Translations under genes and position numbers: made by a program
DNA from: Massalongia carnosa
Lineage: Eukaryota
Direction of reading: 5' to 3'
Length of the DNA stretch: 64,000 nt
Assembly (NCBI GenBank): GCA_965645245.1
Contig: OZ287080.1
Span: 1,054,001-1,118,000, forward strand
Notes under the pieces: model-generated
What the model saw: the letters and a program-made list of their open reading frames with translations, nothing else
Database searches by the model: none
What the model was told of the DNA's origin: nothing
Shown here: positions 10,760 through 22,229 of the stretch, one piece after another
Position numbering within the stretch: position 1 is the first letter of the stretch
Layout of the letters: the number at the start of each line of letters is the position of its first letter

Positions 10760-12144
10760 AGATTGAATTGAGCGAGAATATAACACGAATCATTCTCAAC
10801 CATTTTCTACTTCACTGTTGAGAATATGGAAAGGCTGGTAACTATCAATATTGAGATTGAATGAAATCCGTTAGGCCATGACGTGTAGTTGTAAGGCTAA
10901 GCAAAATCTCTTGGAAACAAGACCGTTCGTTGAGAACCAAAGGGGATAATTGATTCTAGGGTGTTTCATGGAGCAAAAAGGTGGTGCTTTATATTTCGCT
11001 CTAGGAGAAACATACTATTTTTGGTTTTCCGTCGTCATGTTGCTGGCAGAATGAAGATTTCTGCGTCAAACTCGAAGCCACCACAACCCTGTCAATACCA
11101 CTGTTGTATCTAGGACAGATTGCGGACCAGATAGCGTTTCCTCCACAGCAAGCGCCAGTGTGTCCAGATACCTTCATGTGCTGCTAGACACACTTTGTAA
11201 TTCTATTTCCTTCTTGGTAATTAGAAGCTAAGATGAGATTTGGCTTCCTTGACCGGCAATCTATGCTCTTGCATAACCACCACAATAGAGTTGCGGTGGC
11301 AATAAACATCCTTACCAGAGGGTAGCCCATCTGGACGTTTTATGTCCCACTTGTAGTAATCGTTCTGAAGAATTATGATTTGACCATCTGCATATGAAGG
11401 TTAGGAACAGAATTAAATCCTCTGCTATCAGGTGAATATCCAAGCACAACCTAACAAGATACAAAAATCCAATGTTTGTAAAAAAATAGGCTATGTATTC
11501 TTCTATTGTTGTGAACGGCCAATCACTGCTATCGACTCTGGTGAGGATGATATTCGAACAGAGCACCAAATCCATCGGCGTTTCTTGCGTTCATCGCACT
11601 CAACCCATGCAGGTATTCTAGTAGCAACTGTTCTTTGCCAGAGCTGGCATCAGTCATGGATGGAAGAGGTGAAGGTATCTACGAGCTGAGTATGCTCTCG
11701 CGTTGCCTTTACTTTGCATGAACGTGAGGGCCGAATAGAGTGAGGTGTCAGTTCGAAGAGCTACCTCATCAAGCTGCAAATTCTTCGCAAGGTCTGAGAC
11801 TCGTTAGCTACGTATGTTTCGCTTCGAATAAATCATCTGAAACCATCTCTCCGTCATGATGGAAAAACAGATACGCAACCGTAATCACCAGCTCCATCTG
11901 GTCTAGGAGGCATTCAGGGTAAAATTACTTTAGTGAATGAGCCATGATCTCCCCAATTTAAGTTAGCCATGTCGACCAAAGAGAGCTATCATCAAAAAGA
12001 TAACAAGTAATAACATCTTGAGCTCCAGTCTTAGCCTCAACTGTCGTAGTATGCATACGAATAGATAGAAAAGCAAAACATGGCCTCTGGGTATGCTGTA
12101 TATTATACAGAAGAAGAGAGTTGATACATATTCAAAACTTTCAT
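10760..12144 (-). pseudogene. Decayed bifunctional (terpene cyclase + prenyltransferase) di/sesterterpene synthase
   Basis: Collinear remnants across frames: FAFLSIRMH (~12060), YPECLLDQMELV...FFHHD (11920-11853), FTTIEEYIAY (~11500), LQNDYYKWD (NSE/DTE-like motif, 11370-11344), NSIVVVMQEHRLPVKEAK, GGNAIWSAICPRYN (WxxxxxRY motif, 11144-11103), then PT-like ILL*PYNY...DFIQS (~10910-10855). Multiple stops and indels. Confidence 0.75.
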
Positions 12145-13640
12145 GTCGTCTTGATCACTCCAAAGAGACTCGATAACCAGATACAGATAACTTAAGTTTG
12201 TATTCTAAAGCGGCCTAACGAAGATCAAGTATCTTGTCAAGAATGCGAATCTCAAGACAGAGCCTTAAATTGAACGTTAACATGCTTAGGTGAAGATTCC
12301 CATTGGAAACAACCTTGGACGATTGACTGTGTAAGAGTAACAATAAACGCTCCGGCATGCCCGTAGGGTGATATATAGTGCTAATCACGCAATCTAATCT
12401 CCTCATTCACTCAATCAGGATCGTCAATTTTGGCTTGATCTGAACGCTGTCTGTTCATCGAGGCACTGTTTCATCAATGTTTATCCATCGTAGATTGTGT
12501 AGCTCTTAACGCTTCACCATGTTGGCGAATGTGCTGGTAGTATCTAACAACAGAAAAGATGCTGCCTTGCTTTTCATTTCATAATAGCCTTTTGCTTAAG
12601 TTTTTTTGATGATATAGCAGTATGCGTGTTCAGAAGCTCACCCTTGCCACCTATGCATTATTCTGAATCATAAGGCCATGGGTCTTGATTAATGGTGTCT
12701 CAAAGGCATTGTCTCTCATAGTGAGGAGGTTAGAGTCGCACAGGCTTTATCATCGCTCTTCTAAGAACTATGATCGATTTGTCTAGGTTATTACTCGTAC
12801 ATTCCTTGTGTGCCTCTGCCATACTTACTTGAAGCAATGACCCTCAACAACAAAGGCAAGTCACGCTCACTCGGTACTTCTTCCAAAAGGATGGCAGCGA
12901 CTGCAATGTAAATATTGCATTTGGTACCACCAACCTGATGATAAGATGCCGAGAGCTAACGTTGATGAAAACGTCTTACTGTAGCGCTGAAGAGCAGCCA
13001 GTTTATGAAGAACCGGTTGCGGAATAGCAAACGCTAGAAAACACGCGGTGGGTGGCAACCATACTCCATACCTTGTTGAGGTGATGATGCGTAGAACTAC
13101 GATTGAAGTTGGATAAGATGCGGGGCAAAAGTTATCGGGAGGCACACGTACTATCATCTAGTCTACCCCTCAACTTTTAGCAGTCCACATCCGTTTGCAT
13201 ATTGATTGATGTAAATATGCAGAATCATTGGTAGCCTGCAGAGACTTTCTGTCGGGCCAGGGCCAGAGCCAACTGGCATCCAAAGAATCGTGTTGACCGC
13301 CTATTGTCGTTCTGTGCACGCGAAGTCCAAGACCCTATCCCGGATGGCTTACATGGCTTGGACTTGGGCTTGGAACTCCTCGAGTTCTTGGAATGCCGAA
13401 GGAGTCTTCTTCAAGCTTGTGCTCTAAGCTTTACCCGCCGCCAATCTACTATTCATCCTTTGCAAGTGCGGTTCAACCCCGAAAAGCTCGTTCTTACACG
13501 TACGGCATTTCTTACTACATTGAGATCCGGATTCTTACTACTATCAAACATGAACAGCCATCACTAACGTTGTGAATATTGATGTTTCGCTCCGCAATCC
13601 CATCTCCCCAAAAAAGACTTATTCTACGCCCCATCACAAC

Positions 13641-15300
13641 ATGTGTGATAAGCCCATCTTTCTGGCGACCCATCCACGGGCGTGCTCAACTGCTTTTGAA
13701 AGGGTAAACGTAGCATTGGCTGCCGTGTCTACCCAAAGGATAGCTAATACCATTATGAGGTAGGTTTTCATGACGTGCCGTGACACACTTCAATGTGTTC
13801 ATGAGCCTTTCGGAGATGCTTTCTACTTTGGCCCCGAGAGGTTGAGTGCAAGGTATGAAGCCGATGAGCAAGGGCGTGCAGCGAGCGGCTTTCACGAATC
13901 AACATATCAGACAGTTCTTGATAGACTAGAACGAGAGGGGGCCAAGGTCCGGTTAATCTCTTTCATACACTTTCGCCTTCATCATCTTCGTCTAGTTCAA
14001 GTTTTCAGCGCCAGTGATGCTTTGATACTCGGGTGTTCGCACACCCTTAAACACGGGACATTTTGAAGCTGGCGCTGAATCACCTTTATTGCGTGTTTGA
14101 GTCGACCGATATTATGGAATGATTGGTGTTGCACCGCCAATATAAGAACAAGCTTCAGTTCTCGGCTTCTGGATGAGCGAAGCTTAAATATTTCTATTTT
14201 GATCTCTGAGCTTATGCAGCACATCCCTATCGAAACCTTCTCCTTTGGACTTTTCTCTCGTGCTTCCGCGTCTTGTTGGCCTGGGTTTCCGACGATGGGT
14301 AAACGGCTTACTTACCCTTCTCCAGGGTAAACGGCTTACTTACCCTTCTCCAGGGTAAACGCCTGTTCATCAAAGATATAGCCCACTATCTGGTGCCACC
14401 CAACGGGAAAATCGCCTCCATCGTTCCCAGCCTTTCCAGACTAGAGTATGGTGTGGGGACCATAGAAACCCTTACCAGCTATCGCCCTAACGGCAATGTG
14501 AGTGCATCTTATCCCTATCATATAGACCCGGTGCACCCAAATCCAACCGTAATTCCACGAGCAGTGTTGGAAAGGTTTCATTTCACATTCTTGATTCGCC
14601 ATCCACGTTCAAGCATTCCTTCTTACTTTCGCTGCACCGTACCCCCGCTCGATGAGCTCACTGGGTTCCACAAATTTATGCCGTCTGAGGCCGGATATGA
14701 CGAGATCCGTCGAATCTTTGATTATCTGCGCCTTGTTAAACAGATTGGTCCTCGAATTGCAGGTCAGGCGGTTGATAGGACCGTCAACGGTATCAACGAT
14801 ACTGCCAAAAGAAACTCAAATGGAATAGAGATTTGCATCGTTGATGCAGACGATTTGCTCGACAACCCGAGTGGCATTATTCAGGCTTACTGCAATACGG
14901 TAGGAGTTGAGTATCATCCCGACATACTAAAGTGGAACTCCGAGGAAGACAAAGAGCAGGCCCAGGATGCATTTAAGAAATGGAAAGGATTTCACGAAGA
15001 CGTGATAAATAGCACTGAGCTTAAAGCCAAGCTTCACGTGAGTTCCACATTCTCTGACCTGGGCATTAGAGCTCTTCTAGCATATTCGTTCTTTGATTTT
15101 CCCTCAAGTGTTTATCCTAGGAGGGCGAGATCTTGCTGACCAACTCTGATGTAAAGAGCAAGAAGATCAAAAGCATTAAAGACGAAGACAGCGAATGGTG
15201 CAGGGAATTTGGCGAAAAGGGGGCAAAGATCATTCGGGATTCCGTAGACGCGAATATTCAGGATTACGAATATCTCAGACAGTTTGCACTGAAAGTTTGA
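13641..15300 (+). CDS. P-loop sulfotransferase-like conserved fungal protein, 4 exons
   Basis: MCDKPIFLATHPRACSTAFERVFMT...VHEPFGDAFYFGPERLS...GKRLFIKDIAHYL...FTFLIRHPRSSIPSYFRCTVPPL...VDADDLLDNP...FKKWKGFHED...DYEYLRQFALKV*. Three GT-AG introns. Confidence 0.85.
14297..14361 (+). repeat. 28-bp tandem duplication (2.3 copies) at the 3' splice site of intron 2
   Basis: GGGTAAACGGCTTACTTACCCTTCTCCA x2 followed by GGGTAAACG. Confidence 0.95.
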
Positions 15301-16425
15301 TCTGGTTGATGTCGCTCCACGCAACTGGGTCGCAAATCGGCTTTCAGACTCGGTCTTCACATTCGCGAGAGAACTGGACGTTTAAGTGCTCGTCGGAAGA
15401 ACCATTTGTTCGCGCATGTGTGGGTTTCCGGAAATAGGCATTTGGTGACTAAGGATGCTTCTTCTTACTGCTTGATCATATCCTCTCACATATCTAGGAT
15501 CCCATTCGCTAAAAATTGCTAACGCCTGCCGTCAACAATCTCGGTCATTCCTCGCTCTCATTCATCTTTTGTTGCCCATGAAAAATTTGGGCGTATTACT
15601 CATATCTACCACCATTGAAATGAGGACTCCCGTTACGTTTTTCATTCGCTTGTCTGTTCAAGTAGTGTGGGACTTTGTATGCAATGCTTAAGATGAAAGC
15701 CATGTGGAGGTTGTGATATCCGGATGACCTGAGCTAAAGATTGATGGTATAATCCTGACATAGGCAGGCGGTAATGAATAGGCTCATGATCATATGTTAC
15801 CTTGTTTAGCTTTTCTTCTTGGCTTTGTCTACTCTGTACAGGCGTTCGTATCCCCAGAACCGGGACCTATCATGTCAAGGTTGAGAATATTTGATCAGCC
15901 ATTTTGGCCTAGATGAGTAAAAACTTGGGATGAAGATCCTGTTATAACGCGTTCATTGGTGTATTGTTCCACTCCAAGGCTCGCAGTTGTGAAGACCTTA
16001 AGCTGCCGTATGTCATGTCCTACCCATAGGCAGAGACAATACCAGCCACAGCCCTCTCTTAGCATCATGGAATTTCATTGCGTATATACCTGCCCCAGGA
16101 CTTTTTCGTGTAGCGTATCCATAGGCCCAGTTGATGAGAGATATGTCCGGATATCATGCCTTTGAAGTTGTGAACAGCGATGGAAGATTGTAGAACGGAT
16201 ATTACTTTATCTTGTGGGTTCGGTCCGATTAGTCAGCCACGAGATCTGCTACGGTGGCTTAACTAACCTAGTTAATTATGTTGTCAAGCATCGACAATCG
16301 GAGTCTAGAGTAGTTAGTACTTTCCCATTCCTAGTCACTCATTTACTCGACAGTCGGCATCTCGCATCGCACATTCCTATCAAAGCTCTACCAGTCACGC
16401 CGCCATTACTCCAGCCCCCGCCAGC

Positions 16426-17639
16426 ATGCGATTATCACCGCATCTCTCGAACTTTCTTCCGTCGTTCTTCCTCCTCCCTACGTTCGCATCAGCGTTTAAC
16501 AATGTCTGTGAACCCGTTATCAAAGGCAAACCCTTTGATCTCAAAGCTCTCAGTGGCCCATACTCGGTGGTGGAGACCCTGCTCACTCCGCCGACCATAA
16601 CCAAGACTACTTTCACAATCGATTTATGCAAGCCATTAAGGAAGTTGAAGGGCGTGCCAAAGGACGAAGACTGTCCCGTTGGTTCACGGGGTAAGAATTC
16701 TCCATATCACCGAAACATAAGCTACACCTCTACCACCATCCTTTAGCTTTATGCATGGTCACAGTAAGTTCTAACTATGTCCGTGGTCTAGTTTGCGGTA
16801 TAAAACGGCTGTATAGCACCATCGAGACCGGAAACGTGAATGGGACGATTGAAAGTGCTATTGGCATTGCCGGCGAGTTTCTTTCGACGGGCGAGCCTTT
16901 AGATCCCAAATGGGAAAGACTGAAGCTGTCGGCTTCTCCAGGTGATAGGGAGAAAGAAGGTCTTCGGCTGCAGATGAACGGGGCCAAGTATCCTCCGGGG
17001 AAAACCGCGAAGAAACAAAAAGCTGTGATTGAATTCCTGTGCGACGCGAAACCGGAAAAAAAGCAGGATCGGCGAAGGGGGACTTCGGGTCTCCCGACTA
17101 CAAGCAAGGATGACGATGATGATGGAGAGGACGTGGAGGATCCGGAGGCAGGAGATGTGACAGAGGACGGACAGGGCGGCCGCTTGAAGTATCTGAGCTA
17201 CGAAGACGTCGGCGGCACGATGATCCTGAGCCTTGAGTGGACGACGAAATACGCATGCGAGGACGCGAAGCAGGAGCCTGCCCCGAGCTCAGGGCACTGG
17301 GGGTTCTTTACCTGGTTGATCATCATGTAAGCCCTCCCCCTCTCCCCCAACTAATCCATGCTTTTCCCCACCTGCCAAGACTCTCCACATGTATCCACAT
17401 CCGCGTTGCTTAACCCGGCCTCGCTAAAAAAAAACAGCGTCTTCCTTGCCACAGCCGCCTACCTAATCTTCCACTCGTGGCTGAACTACACCCGCAACTC
17501 AGCGCGCGGCTGGGACCTGCTGCCGCACTCGGAGTCCATCCGCGACATTCCCTACTTGCTCCGAGACTGGACGAGGCGGGTGGTGAATACGGTCCAGGGA
17601 GGTGGGGGCGGATCGAGAGGGGGTTATAGCGCTGTATAG
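16426..17639 (+). CDS. ATG27: Autophagy-related protein 27 (MRH-like domain, type I membrane protein), 3 exons
   Basis: Signal peptide, FDLKALSGP, IDLCKPL, IEFLCD, LEWTTKYACE, HWGFFTWLII (TM), ARGWDLLPH...DIPYLLRDW, C-terminal RGGYSAV. Two GT-AG introns. Confidence 0.92.
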
Positions 17640-18165
17640 ATATATCCGGGGCGTCGGGGTTTTATTCATGCGCGGGGGAGTCATCCTCGGAAACCTTTTA
17701 ACTTAGTTGCTTGCTTTACCGTTCACGAGCGTTTGGGGTTGCGCTTGGGGATTAGCGGATCTGTTAGGGAATCTTTTGCATCAGTCAGTCGCGACAAACC
17801 ATGTTCGTATTCAGTCTCTTTCACTCACATATTGGATCAGGAAAAACCTCTAGCTCACCACATCATCCCCATCCATCCCTCTCGATCTTCCACTCCCCCC
17901 CCCCCCCCCCCCCAAATCCCAACGCGCCTCCCCTTCCTCCTCCCCTTCCCACCCGCAAACCAAGTAAACCCTCAACAAAAACCGCAAAACCGCAAATTAG
18001 TCGCAAAAGAATAACATAACGCACTCGCATTACTAGTGCGCGGTAACCGAACTCCGTCCAGTCGGGTTGAGGGGGAGCGGTAAGATTAAGTTTGGGGTTG
18101 AAAAGTAGGAGGGGATGGATGAGAAGGAGGGAGGAAGGAGGGGAAGAGAAATCGAATAGTCGACG

Positions 18166-18202
18166 GCTACGCTACGCTATGCTATGCTATGCTATGCTAT
18201 GC
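18166..18202. repeat. (GCTAC)2(GCTAT)5 pentanucleotide microsatellite
   Basis: Read directly; a poly-C tract lies nearby at ~17895-17913. Confidence 0.9.
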
Positions 18203-19199
18203 CAAAGGGAAAGGGAAAGGGGAGGAGCACGACACAGTCTGTTGATCCGTTTCTGCAAACTCGCTTCTTGGTTCCCCTGCATCCTACCCCCCCGGGCACC
18301 CTCCTTGTCAGTAGAAAATACAAGCTCTCTAGCAACCAGCAGCAACCAATAAATAGCAAGCCATTCCATTCCATTCCCAACAGCAACCCCGCCTCCTTCC
18401 CGCTTTTGCTCCCTCTTGACTCTCCTACCTATAAATAAGTCCCTACCACCGCTACTACCAGCATCGTCGATCGAGCGCTTCTGACCCTGGGCCTTCTCCT
18501 CCGAATCCAAAGGCGCCCAAGGTTACAGCTTCTGTTTGCGCCAGTAGGGAGGAATTGGATGATGGAGAAGGATGGTGGATGGGTTTTCCCGTAAGGTTCG
18601 TGGGGAGAGGAATGGATGAATAGCGGGTATGGTCGGTTGATTAGTTGGTTTGGGGGAAGGGGGGTGAGTGCTTATCCCCTCGCTCTGCTGAAAACTGAAG
18701 GTTCAGTGTGTGACGTTATCGTCAAGCTGCAATCTGATCCGTAATCTCCACTTCAGTCCTTTCAGTCCTTTCGTTGTACCACATGTGCTGGATCTAATCC
18801 ATGGATTTCCCAATGAAGATGACAACTCTTCGTCGAAATCTCGAGCCGCGATAGATAGCGGTTGGCTAGCTGACTGTTTGGCCATCTGACGAAGACTGTT
18901 CAACGATGAAACTCGAGCTGCAAAGTGGAGGGGGTTATGCTGTAAATGGGAACGAACACGAACGGTTTGAATGAAGGAAAGCACGCAATTCGCTCGGAGT
19001 GAATTACATTGAGAATGGAAAATGGCTCTGCGTACATACGGTTTGTTCAACGTCTCGTGATCGGATAAAAATGGGATGACCAGCAAGCTCCGGCCAGGGT
19101 AACAAGCCTGCCACTCACACATGGCTATATAAGGCAATGGGTCGCGTGCTCTGGCTTCTAGGCTCTGGTTCATCACCGTTTTTTCTATCCTTCATCATA

Positions 19200-19980
19200 A
19201 TGAGGTTTTGCTGCTTGTATTTCCTTGTAGCTCTTCCTCAGAGCCTTGCTAAACCTCTTCCTCAAACGGCAGCCGACCCAAGCTTATATCAGCCTTCCCA
19301 TACGTGGAGTTCAGCTGTCGGGGCAGCCGTGGACCTCCCTTATTCTGGGATATCAGGCATGAACTCAGACAGCCAGATCGGTCATTTTGGGACCCCTTTG
19401 GACGAGTCAATAACCGGGTCGGATCGTCTGGAGCCCGCCATTGAATCTGACCTCGCCCAGAATTTATGCCTTCCTAAACGTACCGAAGGAGATAGTGAAT
19501 TGCACTCTCGAGAGAGCTCTTGTAAGACTGTAGATAGCACGGAAAGTAACGAAGAAACCACAAATCAAGGCGAGAACCCAAAGGAGGACACAAAGACGAA
19601 TGGGGTACCGTCGAAAAATACCGTGCAGGAGCAAAAGGAAAAGCGAATCTGTCCGCCGGCTCAAGGACATCGGGTTTGCTGTCTAGGTCCCGAACAGAAT
19701 AAGTTTAATGAAGTGGTATGGGTTTTAGTGAACAGGTGCAAAACGTGTATGTTTCTCCCGTCAACAAGGTTATGGGTCCTAAAAGCGTCCTTCTAGTTAG
19801 TATTATATGTTCAAACTTCTGGAAGGACTATTGCTGTAATGACTTAGAAGTACGTTATCCTCGGCCAGCGGATAGGAGACGTTTTGACATCTTCGGTGAC
19901 TGACATGAGCGTTTCTTTAGGATGGGGCACAACTTGGATTTTTCTGCTCTTACGCCGCTGGAGTTATGATATTGTGGTAA
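19200..19980 (+). CDS. Small secreted protein with Cys-rich C-terminus (effector-like), 3 exons
   Basis: Signal peptide MRFCCLYFLVALPQSLA. Introns GTATGT...CTAG and GTACGT...TTAG give a C-terminus ICPPAQGHRVCCLG...RCKTFSIICSNFWKDYCCNDLEDGAQLGFFCSYAAGVMILW*. TATATAA ~70 bp upstream. Confidence 0.7.
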
Positions 19981-21201
19981 ATGTTCTTGATCAATGCGAA
20001 ACATCAGTTATCTCGAAGAGTCCGACAAATAATTGCCGTCTGTTTGTTTAAGCATCTCTTCCGTTATCTTTCTGTATGGTTATATCCTCGCACATTACAG
20101 CCCATTCTTTAAGCTGCAGCCCGTGCCTAAGCTTCGCAAGTCTGGGTTCATAGTGTTGAGTTTGACTGAAGTCTTTGAGCTGCACAAATGCTGATGAAAG
20201 CCACATTCATCCAGCTGCAAGCTTTTGTCTCCTATCATCTAGCACGATTAAGAATTTACCTTCTCGTTGGCTAGTTGCGTTACGTACGACTAGAACGATA
20301 TTTCAAGGTCGAGGGCTCCAATAGAGTGACACCAAAGCATTCGGGTTCTCATCTTCTCGATTGAACCGCCTGGAACAAGATAAGTTCGTGTTCCCTTGAT
20401 TACTTTTATCCTAGCCACTATAGATGAGGCTGTTCTTGCTTAGTTGTGTTTCTTAGCTTTCTAATGAGGTTTTTTCTCACCCTTCACAGGGATTTGGTGG
20501 TAAAGACTTCCACAAGACATGGACACATGGTCACTCTTATATGGAGCCGGTTCTCCAAGTGATAATCAGCTTCTCTGTGCGAGCAAGTTGGCTCGTAGGT
20601 TCGCAGGAAATATTAAATTTCTCTTGTGCAGACCATAGAATCTCTTAAGAGACGGAACTTAAACCATCATGATCTGGGCCCAACGACTATGAAGTCGAAT
20701 ACATCTGAATGTAACAGCCAGCATATAAAATTCACATGGAGCTTCTTTAGTCCGTCTTTAGCCTGTGGAGCTTCTTGCGGAGGTAGATTAGAATCAGATT
20801 AGAGATCATTGGAAAGAGAATATGGGATATTAACTGTAAACAAAGGCCAAAGAGGGTAAGAGGTAGAAAAGAAATATGGTCTCGATGAAGAAATCATTCA
20901 ATATAAGGTGAAACTCAACCTCGATTTCCACATTCGTAACTGATCTAAACGTTGAGGATTTCTACTTTCATATTCGTGCGTTTGCCCCTTTGCTCATAGC
21001 AAGAAACACGGTTTTATTCGACTCAGTTGTTGGTGCGCAAAGGTGTAGAAACGATATAGAATCTGAAATTTCATTGAAGGGCTGCCCTTCTGTTTTCGAA
21101 AGATGCGTAGCACAACCAGGCATTCAGCCCTTCTTTAATCTATCATAACTTCTCCTCCCCAAACCCCTTCTCCTCCACTCAACCGCCTCGCCTCCACATC
21201 A

Positions 21202-22229
21202 ATGACGTCCAACTCCGGCGCCACCAGCTCTGCTCCTTCCGCCTTCCGCCACGCCTCCGAAAAAGGCGCCCACCCTAACTTTATCCAAGCCCAAGCTGCT
21301 CGACCCGACTGGCACACTGAATCTCAATTCATCCTGACCAAGACCAAAGATCCAGAATGGAAACTTGGGGACGGTGCCAACGACACTGGGGAAAGCCTAA
21401 ACAAAAAGCACTTAGAGATCGATCCGTACGAAGAGGGCCGACCAACCATATTTAACTACAAGCTTTTGATCTCGGGGATCGTGCCTAGGCCCATTGGGTT
21501 TATTGGAACGAAGAGCGAGGACGGTGAGTTTATAGCACTATGGCTTTTCTGCTAAAGAGAATCAATGCCCCATTTCTTTCGTCCCAGCCCCTGCGCGCCT
21601 TTGCCCCATCAATGCCCTTCCCGAACTCGGCGCTCAAACCACTCACCACAGGCGCATCCACCAATCTTGCCCCTTTCTCCTACACCAACGTCATCAACCA
21701 CGACCCCCCTCTCTTCACAATCGGCTTCGCCGGATCCCTCGCGCACCCCAAGGACACCCTCCGCAACCTGGCCTTGACAGGCGAATGCACCCTCAACATC
21801 ATCAGTGAGCACTTCCTCGAAGCCGCCAACGCCACCGCCATCAACAGCCCATATGGTGTCTCCGAGTGGGCTCTCTCCGGCCTCACGCCCGCGCCCTGCA
21901 AGCTCGTGTCCCCCCCGCGCGTGGCGGAGGCGGTGTTCAGTGTGGAGTGCAAACTGGTGGAGACGAGAGAGTTTGAGAGTCGGGTGCACAAGGGGCGGGT
22001 GACGGGGGTGTTGGCGATTGTAGAGGGAGTACGGTTCTGGGTGCGGGAGGATGCTGTCAACGAGGAACGGAACGCGATTGATCCAAATGTGCTGAAGCCG
22101 ATGAGCCGGCTAGGGGGGATCACATATGGTCGGTTGGTGGAGGGAGTGGAGCTGCCGAGGTTGGATTTTGGGGAGATGATGGAGAATGGAGCGGAGAGAT
22201 TGTTAGAAGGGAAGGTGAAGGGGCGGTGA
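21202..22229 (+). CDS. Flavin reductase-like FMN-binding protein (DIM6/NTAB-like), 2 exons
   Basis: HPNFIQAQAARPDW...YKLLISGIVPRPIGFI...NLAPFSYTNVINHDPP...KDTLRN...SRLGGITYGR. Intron 21524-21651. Confidence 0.9.

Noticed and set aside
17700..18700. ORFs in the purine/pyrimidine-skewed region after ATG27
   Set aside because: Low-complexity sequence (poly-C, GCTAT repeats) with no recognisable protein or splice pattern.
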